This document shows positions 25,951-38,032 of a DNA stretch of 64,000 nucleotides, in pieces. Under the pieces are notes generated by a model. The model worked only from the letters and a program-made list of their open reading frames with translations. It was not told where the DNA came from and searched no databases. The stretch's first letter is position 1. Each line of letters opens with the position of its first letter. The stretch comes from Gnetum montanum (taxonomy: Eukaryota; Plantae; Gnetophyta). The stretch lies in the NCBI GenBank assembly GCA_015680685.1, contig MNCI01000918.1:147042-211041 (forward strand), read 5' to 3'. The position numbers were made by a program, and so were the translations under genes.

Positions 25951-28177
25951 TTCAAGGCTTCATTCTTTCATTTTCAATAGTCTTATGATATCTAGCAAAC
26001 AGAGAGAATGTTCGATTAAACCAAGTCAAACTCGTACAAATTTTGTCGTTGATAGCTAATTCAATTATTTTGCATGATGTTAGATTTGATTTGAAACCGT
26101 AGCTCTTTAAACTAATTAAAACTTCATGAGCTTGTATGATCAAGAGAGCAGAATATTTTGGGATTGCCTAGCCAGCTTTAAAACCCTTTAGCCCAAAAAT
26201 AAATTTGATCACAAACACTTTAATCTTTGTAGCATCCTTGCTGAAACTTCTTCTAAAATTTACCTCCACTTAGGGCTCATTTTTCACACACAAATATGGT
26301 TGTGATAAATCTTAGCTTAATCTCATTACATGAGGCTATTGTTGCAACAATAGTTATTAAGCTTTATTCATAATACAACTCTCATCGAAAACTTGACTTA
26401 AGTCTTGGAAACTCAAAATCTCAATTAGGCCTAAGCTTTTTATTTCTTTAATTATAATTCTAGAACTATTTTGAGATTAAATCCCCTTTCTTATGTAAAT
26501 ATCAAGCTATACTAAAATTAGGAATCATCAGCAATTCGAATAATTTATCTTTACATGAGTATTGAGATACCAACTAGATTTTGTTGATTCCAAAATAGAA
26601 GCTGAAAATTTTATCTTATTTTTGTTTTAATCATTGTAACAGGGATATGAATATAATCCTAAGATAGAAAAATGGGCTCTGTTGAGTTCATAAGTTTCAT
26701 TCAAAACTTGAATGAAAATCTCTTATTCTTAAATTAGGCTCTATATAAGGGTTACCTACTTTATCTATAACAAAGCAATTTTCTTTAGCCAATTATCCAT
26801 TTTTTATTGAGTAGAGATCAAAGACTTAATCCTTGCTCCATTAATGGCCAAAATATGACAACATTTCTTACCCTCTTTTTTCTCCAAAGGATCACTATAC
26901 TAAAACTCTTAAAATAGTAAGATTTCATTTATTCTAATGAGTTAGTGCTGAATGATATTATGAACAACGATACTTGAAGATGTTGTGAACCAAGCCTTAA
27001 AAGAAAATCTTTTTTGGTGAAAAGTTCAATCAAGCTTAAGGCTTGAAAGAATAAAAATTCCATGCAACCTACACATCATGAAAAATACATACATATGTCT
27101 AGCTATCTAGAAACTAGTTAAGTAGCAAAAAGAAAATGGTCACCATCACCTTTCATGTAACCTTTCTTTCAGAAGCTCTATCATACTTGATTTTGATTAT
27201 AACTTTGGCCATCTTCTCATCTTCTTGATTTGAAGTCTTCTCCCTAGCAATGGTCATTCTGCTGCTTTCCCTGGCTGATTCCTTTTTAAATTGGTTTGAG
27301 AATATCCCTTTTCCTTTCCTTTAGACTAGTGTTGTGATTATAAATTTGGTTGGGACCTTGATTGTTCTCTTGGCTAGGCTGATCAATAGCCTATGAGACA
27401 AAAATTTCTTCCCATGAATCTAAATTATTTAGATTTTTCTCATTACCATCTAGCCTCATGATGTTCAAACATTGATTGTAATCAACCCAAGCCTAAGCAT
27501 GAATGAAGCAACCATTTATCATAAGAGAAAATTCGTCGACCAACCATGTTAGATAGGTACAATTATATAGAGCCCCATGATTTGAAGCTTTATAATATGC
27601 CCTCATGATATTCTATAGAAAACATCCAAATAGATAAGGGATGAAAGGCCTTCTCCTTACCATTTAAAAAAATGCTCTTAACTTAGGAGTTTTTAGCTAA
27701 TAGAAAGACTATTTACACTTCGTTATATAACCAAAGTTCTCAAGAATTTCAACCATCATAATAACCAGTTTAGATGCTTATTAAATTCACACTAAGCTTA
27801 TTTATTAACTTCCAAAACAAACCACTATTTACATATTTATAATCTCTGATTTACCTTAGTTTCATCAAGTATTGGATGGTTGCCCAAAGCAGTGCTTGAG
27901 ATGGATGCCATTAAATGGGAACTTCAGCTCAATTCCATTCATCATGAACAACTTATAGGTATTATCTAATACTTGTTGCTTGATATCAAATAGGCCTATC
28001 CATTTGGTAGAAAATTTGTTATGATTGTTTATTCTTCTTGTGTTCAAAAGCAACACTAGGTCACCTACTCTAAATCCCTTTTTTTAGATCTTTTCTATCA
28101 AACCATCTTTTGATTCATGATGCATTTATTAACAAACTATCTCTTGCTTTGTCAATCTTAGATTCTCTCTTGATAAG

Positions 28178-29061
28178 TGATGAGCGGCAAGGTACCCCTA
28201 CGCCCAACGATATGAATCACAAGTGTTCACATGCAATCTGGTCGAATTCTGTAGACTATAGTTACTAAGTACACTAGAGCTAAACAGTGTGTGCATGTTG
28301 TTCATTCGTTGTCTTCCCAGTCCCACTTGTGGAGTGCAATGGTATGGTTAAGTGTGATTGAGGTATATGATTTTTATTATTTTGTGTTTTTCTGGAATTA
28401 CTCACCTAGAACAAGAATAAAAGTAGGAGTGATTAAAAGTAAAAGTGATTAATTACTGAGAAAACTAAAGTCTAATCTAGCCTAACATAAGTAACCATTC
28501 CCACTTCTCGAACACATCCTGAACTTCATGCAAACATTGTTGGGTTGTCAAATGCTAATCATTTCTGAGCTACCAAATGTCACACATATGCTTGAAGGGG
28601 TCGTGCTTGTGTAATTTAACGATTTGCTTAATTGATCAAAATGAATTACTGTGCTAACAACATGAACGTAAAGTGCATAAAATAAAATAACATAAAATAA
28701 AATATAAATGCTTGAGAAAGGAAATCTCAAGGGCTACAAGGAATGGATCAAAGAGCTTGTCTTTATTGCCAACACAATGGTGTGCTTAGGTACATCAATG
28801 CTTGAATAAAGATTTTTTCACACTTAGACCTCCTGTTGCGAGCACTTGGAAAATATTCTAACTTTCAAATGGACAAACTGGAAGAGCTTTGCTACTGACT
28901 ACTAAAAATGTACTCCCAATTGTATGCCTGGGTGTGGTATTTATAGACCTAGGAGTAACCTTGTGAGATTGAATGTATGATATCACATCTTGGGCCTCAA
29001 TATTCTGTACCCAATATTGTGGCCACCTTGATATCGGAGTGATGAAAAACAAGATTTATCA
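28178..29061 (-). mobile_element. Athila-type solo LTR inserted in X integrase
   Basis: TGATGAG...TATCA, perfect TSD ATAAG. Confidence 0.88.
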
Positions 29062-30314
29062 ATAAGAAAAAACATTAAACTTTTATCGGTGTCTACCTTT
29101 TCATTGTACTTCTATACAAATTTTGATGTTGATGTTATGATCTTATTGGTAATTCTTATAGTTATTCCATAAACTAGATTATAGGATGTAGTGCTAGTAG
29201 ACTTCTTAATTCATATGCAATCTATCCATAAAGCAGATCATAGGTAATTATGCTAGTTTCCTAAACCCAATTCCATTGATCTTTTTATGTGAGAAATAAG
29301 CTTCTTATTTGTAGATTCAACTAGCTCGTTTCCTTAAGGATAATAATTTGAGAAGGAGAAAAGGAAACTAAATTTCTCAAAATCCCATCTTATGAATTCC
29401 ATAGATTAAAATGCAGGACTATTATTTGATATTAATACATTAGGCATACCAAAATGACTTAGGATATGATCTTCAAGAAACCTTATTACATCTAAAGTTG
29501 AACTTTTCTTTAGACCTTTTGCTTCTGTCCACTTGGTAAAATAATTTGTAGTTGTAAGCATGAACCTATGTTTAGCTTTTCATGGAGTAATTACTCCAAT
29601 AAAATCTAAACCCCATTATTTAAATGATCTTTTGGTAGTATTGGTTTTAAAGGAGCACTAGCTTTCTTGATCTTTGACCCATGGTTTTGACATTTGAAAC
29701 AACATTGAACCTTCAAGCTAAAATCTTGATACATGCTAGGCCAATAAAATCCATAACATAATAGGTTTTCCATTGTAGATTTTTGTTAATCATAAAACAA
29801 TTTTGCATGATCATGAAATTGGTCTACTACAAACTCAATCTAATCATTTCAACACACTCCAATAGAATTCCTCTAAAATATTTTTTATATAAGATTCCAT
29901 CTTTCACCACAAAATTATTTGTCTTTTTTAAAAAAATCTCTTCTTTGACTCATAGTCAAATTATCTAGGATTTTTCTTGAAGCAAAAAGTTATAAAATTT
30001 TATCATACCAATTTCTATTATTGGAATTTAATACACAAATTTTAGCTTCTTTGGCCATTAATTTGGCTAATCCCATTCCTTTAATTATTTTCCATAATTC
30101 TAATAAAAATTTGAATCATTGATGCTTAGCAATCCAATTTTATCTTTTCAGCCCAATTTTATTTTGAGCTAAAAATTGCTTAACAGTATGCTCTATTATC
30201 ATGATATGGATTAAAGCACTCTTTAAATAATATTCAAAATGCATTAGAGTCTTAATTACAACATATGCTTGTCGTTCTAAATCTGAATAGTTTAACTCAA
30301 AATCTTTAGGTTGG

Positions 30315-31178
30315 TGATGAACCATGATTTGTCAGGCTTTGATATCAGACCTGCGATATCGGATCGATGATACCGGGTACACAATATTGCAGCCTGGCTA
30401 ACGATATCAGATACACGATATCGTGGTTCCTATGTAAGCCTATAAATACCACATTTGGGCACACAGGAAAGGAAAGTTTAGTGTTAGAGTAGAGTCCTTT
30501 TTGTTCATTTTTAGTTCATCTTAATCCTTTCCCCAATGCATGCTTGCAGTGTGATGATTGTAATTGTATGGAACCTTTATTCGAGTGTGACGTACTTGGA
30601 CATGCGCATGACCGACAATAAAGATCGAGATTACTTCATCATTGCAACGGTTACTTAGTTTTAATTACTTAACTATTATTTATTGTTTTCTTAATTAATA
30701 TTTATTTACCTTCCTCTACTATCCCTGTTATTAAATGCGGAATGAGTACGACTTAATCATGAGTATTTAAGTGTGACTACTTGGTATCCCAGTAGTGTAT
30801 TTAGGAGTGCTTAAGTAACATGCGTTTGGTAATCCCAGAAGTAGTACATGAAGTCCAAGATGTGTACGGATGATTAAGGATGGATGCTCATCGCACTTAG
30901 GCTAGCTTAGATTCTCTTCTCTCACTCCCATTAGCTTAAAACAAAGTTATTTTCCATTGCCTCTAGGAGTAGCACTAGTTTAGGACCACATCATACACCT
31001 CACTCTGGACTAAACCATACGTGATAAGCAAATACTAGTCCAGATGGGAAGATAGCAAACTGTGATTAACGTGTAACTATCTAAATACCACAACTAGCCC
31101 ATCTACGGAGTTCGACTGGATCGTGCGTGAACGCTTGTATTTGTATGGTTGAGTTTAGGGGTACCTAGCCACTCATCA
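30315..31178 (+). mobile_element. Athila-type solo LTR inserted in X RNase H (opposite orientation)
   Basis: TGATG...CATCA, perfect TSD GTTGG, TATAAATA near 30441. Confidence 0.92.
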
Positions 31179-31583
31179 GTTGGTAACTAAAGTATTTGAT
31201 TGGTTCATCTTGAAGATTTTTCTTTTTAGTTATAACTATAGCAATAAAATCACTAGAAGGAAAAGCATATAGTAAAAAATCCTTCTTTAATTTAGGTTTA
31301 GATAAACATAGAACTTCCTAGATAGATTTTTTAATTTGCACTAATGCTTTATTTGATTTAGGTGTCTTTTTGACTTGCACATCCCTCTTAAGCATGTATA
31401 TTAAAGGTTTGGTAATCTTAGTAAATCCTAATATAAAGTTCTTGATGAAATTTATTTTTCCAAAGAAGGATCTTAGGTACTTTTTGTTGGTTGGGTCTTC
31501 AATATTTTGAATGGCTTGGATTCTTGTGTTATCTATTGGTATACCTTTTTAGCAAAATATATGTCATAATAAGCTTCTAGACT

Positions 31584-34500
31584 TGATGAGTGGCGAGGTA
31601 CCCCTACACTAAACCATACGAATACGAGTGTTACATGTGCAATTCGGTCAAACTCCGTAGACTAAGTGCCTACACACCTCATGGAACACTTAAGGTTAAT
31701 NAGGTCTAAACTCTGAAACAAGGAGAGCTGCCTCTTATTTATAGATTTGGCGGTGCACTGTGATATCGTGTACGCGATATCGCAAGTGAAGACGCGATAT
31801 CGCAGGGGATTCGATATTGCGGCCCATGCGATATCGTGTCCCATCATAGCCCCATGATTGAATAAAAACTCATCCTCGAGTTTCTTACAAAATATTGGGA
31901 AGGTATGGGATTATTGACTTGAATGGAACTAATGGTGAATGGGATGACATGTGAACGGATCATCATTACAAGACAAGACAAAACTGGTGTTCACGACAAC
32001 AAGAGTGAACACCTTATACATTTGACATCAGGCCTTATTTGGCAGTTGAGGAGAAGAGAAAAGAGAAAAGAGAGAAGAAGTCTACTGCTGCCAACGCGAA
32101 TGTTGCGCCTTTCGTTGTCTATCTGTAAGTGCGCCATCCATCTCGTTCCTTGCATAGATGCTTTAGCATCGATCCATTCCAAGTGTTCCCTCCAGATCCA
32201 ATCCGTTGTTGTATGATTGCCATCTGCACACACAACAACAGTGTTATATTAGCAAGGGTAAATGAATCATAATGCAGTTAATACCTTGCTTCGGTGAAAA
32301 GTCCATTGGCTGAGTTGTGGTATGGCTGATACAAGTCTGGAGATATATTCATGCTGACTACCGAAGGTGCAGGGGTTAGGAGAAAATCGAAAAATTTGGG
32401 TCTAGACCCCCATGACTAAGAGTGAACCTTCGGTAGTGGTAGAATGGAGAAAGAAAAAGAACAAGGAAGATGGAGAAAAAGAGCCAACTATAATGACGAT
32501 GAAATGGATTCAAGATGGAAATGAACAAAATAGAGTGGATTGCAAAAATGTTAAGGGAAAGAATTTAACTGGTGTACTAAATAGGAATGCCAGTGGGTCC
32601 TCCCCAAAGCAGGCTCATGCCATTAATGCCCTAACAAACCCACATTCAAAGAGTCCATAGGCTCTAGGAATGTCATTTGGGACAAGATTTAAAGTCTTAA
32701 CCATAAGAATTTACCAAAAAGAAAACAATGCGTCAACCAAAATATTCACTAATGATACAACCGGCAACGAGGTGAACAATGGAGAGAAGGATGGAGAGAA
32801 GAGAATGGAATGGAATCTCAAGAACAAGGTGGTGTATAGCCCCTTGTGTAGTTACTGATTAATGTGACTTAGTATATCCCATTCCAAGTCCAGCCTCAAA
32901 CAAACCACATCCAGTGACTTCGCATTAATGCATTCGGCCAATCCATCCTCTTGAAGTAACAAGAATGTATCCCCTAAAGAGCCACCACCATTCCGACCAA
33001 ACAAAGGAGGAGAGAATGGAAAGCGAGAAGGGCCTTAGTTAGAGAAAACATTTTTATTTTAGTTCCATAACCAGTGCTTGTAGCCCAAATGATTATTTCG
33101 TCTAAGGGGTGTGCTTTGAATTCTCACTATTTTTTTTATTTTTTATGTTTATACGTGAGAACCACACCATGAAAAGACTTTGTTATTTTTATTAACTCAG
33201 CTTCCCGATAATGGAGCAATGTTGGAATGGGAAGGAAAACTCAAGAAGAAAACATTCAAGCACCCAAGAGAATGGCCAACACAAATGCATGAAGTTCCCT
33301 TGAAGCCACACCCTTTTCAATCCTTGAGTCCTTCCTTAGTTTGGGAAATGCCCAGTCACTGATTCGTTGATAGTTCTTATTTAAAAAGGGACTATACATT
33401 TCCAAGCCAAGAGAGACCATAGAAATTTGTGGATGTATGGATGAAGTGAACTCATTGCCTGTCATATCAAAAGAACCATACCTTAGTATCAACATCATAA
33501 CTTAAAGGTAAAAACCAAACAATAGCAACCAATAGAAAAACAGTTCATACCATAATTAAGAACACTTATTGGGTGAAAAACTTACAAGATGGATAACACA
33601 CACAAGAAATGGAAAAGTATGGATGATGTTGTAAAACAAAAACAAGAACAGTTAAAGAAATTTGTAAAACAAAAATGTGTAAACAAAAACGTGTAAAAGA
33701 AAAATGCGTAAAACAAAAACTTAAAAGAATTGAGGGCCGCAAATGATTAGCATAGGTGGCCATCTTCCCCATGACTGAATGGAAAGGGAGAGATCCTAAA
33801 TAATGAACACCTATTTGAATTTCTTAAAAGTGTCCAACTTCTCTCGATTGATGTTTTCAAGTTAAGGGATGGAAGTCGGCGACGCTCATACTGTAATGTA
33901 TCTATGCTTTCGTTGTGGGTGCAAGTTGTTCCCGCAGTTCGTTCCATGCATGTTGGTGGGCTGCTCTCTTGATTAGCTATCAACCACTCGGTGTTCTCTT
34001 ATTGTGTGGTTGCTACATACAAGCACCTTTGTATCTAAGTTTCTTGGGCATGCTAGCTGCATGCAAGAGATGCTGTGCATTCCTCCATGTCATCAGCCTC
34101 TGAGTCACTGTATGTGATGCATGGAACTTTCTTCTTCTCGATCTTTCCATAAATGTTTACCTTAGATATTTCCAAGGAAAGATTGCAGATTCCTAGGCAT
34201 GCGTCTATTGTACTTAGCCATGGCCTTCCCATTATAATTGAGAAGTCCCCTTTGTTATTCTTAACTTCTATCACCAGGAAATCTGTTGAGTGTGACCAAC
34301 CACACATAGTGGTAACGATGTCCTCCACCAATCCCAAGGTAATGGTGATGGACTAGTCAACTAGCTCTAGTTGAATATTGCTCTTCTTAAGTGGAGGCAG
34401 GTTCCAGGCTTTATACATTTCTCGTGAGATTAGGTTGACTCTGGAACCTGAGTGAAGAAGAGCCTTATGAGGTTCATTCCTAGCGACTTGGAGGTAGATT

Positions 34501-37500
34501 AAGGAACTTCCAGGGTCAGAGAGTTTCCTGGGAAGGTGGCCTACCTTGATCCAGTTGGTAACGGTATGTGTTAACATAACTGTATGTGTTGAGCTCTGTT
34601 GTTAGTTTGAAGGGAGCTTCGAAGCCTTAATTGTTGGAAGAGCGTACACAGACTCAACCGCTTGTGGTTGTGAGAGCTTGTTTGGGCTTTTAGTTCTGAA
34701 GAAAGGTCTTCTCTTCTTGTGGTTGTCAGAACCAGTAGTGGGTTGAAGGTTTACAGCTCTCGTAGCATTACGTTGCTGCGATTGAGTGGGGAGTTCCCCT
34801 TGCATTATTGGAGCGGGAGGTAGTGGAACTATCGACGTAAGAGTGGCAGATGGATTCGGAGGATGGTATGCATGTGGTATGTCTTCCGTAGGATAAGGAG
34901 TCCTAAAATACTCCCAAACTTGGTAGTGACGTTGCAGGGTTGCGTGACCCATAGAGTCACTTGGAGAAACTGGCTGCGGCACGTAGTAGCCATATGGGTC
35001 TGGTTGCCGGTAAGGGTATTGTTGCCTAGGCGGTGGCATCCCCCATGACTGTCGGTGTTGCTCGATAGGTTGTGGTGGAGTTCCACTTGGATAATATGTT
35101 AACAGTTGGTGGAACTGCCTTGGGTTACCTTGGGGATAAGGTAACCGAAGAGGTGCTTTCCGTTTGTTAAGTCTTGGGTTGAGTGCATACACCCCGGACT
35201 CTTGCAGACATGAGATTATTGGGCAACATCCCTTAGGATGGTCATATTGGTAGATCTCACATCCACCATCATTGTTCGTGTTAGAATCCACAACCTCATC
35301 GGTGATAGTCATTTTTCCCTTACCCTTGTCATGTGCATGGCTTTTTCTTATCATGGTCACTACTTCGCTCCTTAGACTCTTCTACAATTTTGAGAACAGT
35401 TTCAAATCTACTATCTAAGGAGCCCCACATTTGATCTATCTTAGTCGACACTTCGGTTGTTAGCGTTTGAAGCGGCAAGGTTTTTCTATTCACCAACTCT
35501 TCAAGTGGTGACTCATCCTCTTCCTCATAGAATCGTACTCCCTTCTTTCGGAGGGAAGGATCACGGTTATATTCTTCTGCGGTTTCTCTTTTTTGTAGCT
35601 CCCCTTCTTCTTTAGCTACTTGCTCCAACAATCAATGAATTTCATGGGACCTAAGTTCAGATAATCTCCCTTGGGCATATGTCCCAAGGGTTCTCCTAGT
35701 TTCGTGTCTTAGCCCATCTACGAGGTGGCGAAGTTGATCCCGTTGTGCGTAACCATGGCCCGGGCAAAGATGTAGCAATGCATAATATCGGCCCATGGTA
35801 GCATCCAAGGGTTCGTGAGTACCCTGCTTCCATCCTTGGATTTGTTTACGCAAGTTGGACACTCTGGAGTACGTTTGGTATTTATCGTTAAACAATTCTA
35901 GCATTGTACTCCACCTCCTAATGGTTTTAGGTTCTACGGACTGGTACCAACTCTTTGGTTCTTTTATGAGTGTCCTAGGGAACAACTTTAACTTTTGCCA
36001 CTTGTTCTCAATATTCTGCAAGGTGCAGGCATCGTGGAATGCCTATAAGTGATTTTGCAGATCAGCATTGTATCCCCCCTCAAATCATGGGATGTTAGTC
36101 ATGTCTAGTCTCTTGATCCAGCTATCTTTCTGGTGCCTTGTAGGTATTCTCACAGCCTCCATAATATCTAACATACTTCAGGTGGCAAGTAGGAGTTCAT
36201 CATGATCATCTCTCTCATGATGTCTATGATGTCTACGTGGTTCCCTACTTTCCCTTCTTTCATGCCTTGATTCTCTCAAATGCCCTTGTCCTCTTTCTCG
36301 ACTCTCTCGTTGAGGTCTATCATTTTTCTTACCCTTATCCTCACGATTTGGCTCTTTATGATTGCGTCTCGATGTTGAAGGAGAGGGTGAATGATGTGAT
36401 GAAGGGGAAGAAGAAGGAGAGCCATCGTCATGATGATGGCTCCTAACTTCTCTTTGGTGGTCCCTGCCCCGATCGTGATGATGATCAAAATGCTCACCTT
36501 TGTCATGTGTTCGTGTTCCCTCATTCAACACTTGGTGTTCATGGTGATCAGAACCAGGATAGTGTATTGTGGAGCGTAGGTTTTGATACACCACCTCCTC
36601 ACTATCGTTAGAAGTGGGAACATCATTTTGTGGAGAACCTATTGAGATAGGTTCACCACCACTAATTTCTCTTATGACAGGCAAAGCATTGCAGGGTCCT
36701 TTGCCCTTCAACGATGTGTGATAACTCTCCTGTCGCAAGTCCCTTAGATGTTGCGCTACTATGGGATGGTAATGCCTTATGTCATAATCTTTTGCAACGT
36801 ATTCAGCATATAATTCCATCATGCCTATTTGTGCAAGAGCACGAAGAAGCATGTTAGGGACTGCCTGATCTGGAGGTAACACTATGTTACCTTGCAAGTC
36901 TATCCAACGCAGTTGTTCATCCTGATGGAGGATAAAGGTAAATCAGGTATATACTCATCGTGATGAGTATATACCACCCGATACTGTTGAGGAACTGGCA
37001 ATTTTTGGTTATGTGTTTGGTGCCGCCGACTGTCTCTAGTGTGATCCCTAGGTGGTGAAGTGCTTTTATGAGAAGAAGAAGACATTGTGTCTTATTCGGT
37101 GTGCCGATTAACCGTTATATAATTTTTCTCTTGATTAACCCTAAGGGTTTGTTTAAGCTTCCCAACAATGTAAATGATTTCCTATGTTCTACTTAGCGCA
37201 CAAATAACTTAGTCCCTGGCAACGACGCCAATGATGAGTGGCGAGGTACCCCTACACTCAACCATATGAATACGAGCGTTACACGTGCAATCCGGTCGAA
37301 CTCCGTAGACTAAGTGCCTACACGCCTCATGGAACACTTAAGGTTAATCATTCGTTGTCTTCCCAGACTTACTTGTATTTGTCACGGTTGTATGGTTAAG
37401 TAAGTCTGAGGCATATGATTTTTATATCTTTTCGGTTTTATCTCCTATGCTAATGAGGTGAAGGGTGAAGAGACTAATTAACTAACTAAGCCCTAATTAA

Positions 37501-38032
37501 CCTAGCATCAGTATTCATTCCCACTTACCATTCACACCCTGAACTAATGCAACCTTCTGGGATTAGCAAACACTATTCGTTGTTGGGATTACCAAGCGTA
37601 ACGCACGTGCTCGGAGCGGTCGTACTGAATGCAATTAACTAGGAGAGAAGGGTTGAGAGAGATTTAATGAACTAATAAAACAGTTAAACATTAACAATAA
37701 ATAACAATAAATAAAGTCCTATTTAGCTTAGTCCATGCACTGCAAGGTTTATCCAAGAAGTTTGTCTTTATTTCCGTACACAAACTTGTGTTTAGGTACA
37801 ATATTTGCTCGAATAAAGATCCGTTCACTTTGCAGCTCCTATTGCGGGCACATGGAAATTATTCTATCTCTGGAGAGGTAAAACTGCCAGAGTTTCACTA
37901 TGGTTTAGGCCTAAAATCTGAAACAAGGGAGAGCCACCTCTTATTTATAGATTTGGTGGTGCACTACGATATCGCGTGCGCGATATCGCGGTGGAGACAA
38001 TATCGCGGCCCATGCGATATTGCATCCCATCA
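31584..38032 (-). mobile_element. E1: non-autonomous Athila-type LTR element (gag + protease, no RT/RH/INT)
   Basis: Perfect TSD AGACT; 5' LTR 37232-38032; 3' LTR 31584-31846 (collapsed at n 31701); PBS TGGCGTCGTTGCCAGGGA; gag (FPRTL..PKSWY..W..M...F..KY); protease (LPRKLSDPGS, ALLHSGSRVNL, IIMGRPWLST). Confidence 0.92.
37213..37230 (-). promoter_or_regulatory. Primer-binding site of E1 (tRNA-Asp type, as in Athila)
   Basis: TGGCGTCGTTGCCAGGGA 1 nt after the LTR end. Confidence 0.8.

Noticed and set aside
31584-31846. Unusually short 3' LTR of E1
   Set aside because: The missing ~540 bp coincides with n at 31701, so it is a collapsed assembly.
37232-37320. Hammerhead ribozyme/retrozyme suggested by TGATGAG
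   Set aside because: TGATGAG is simply the LTR terminal inverted repeat; it has no preceding C and no GAAA core with stems.
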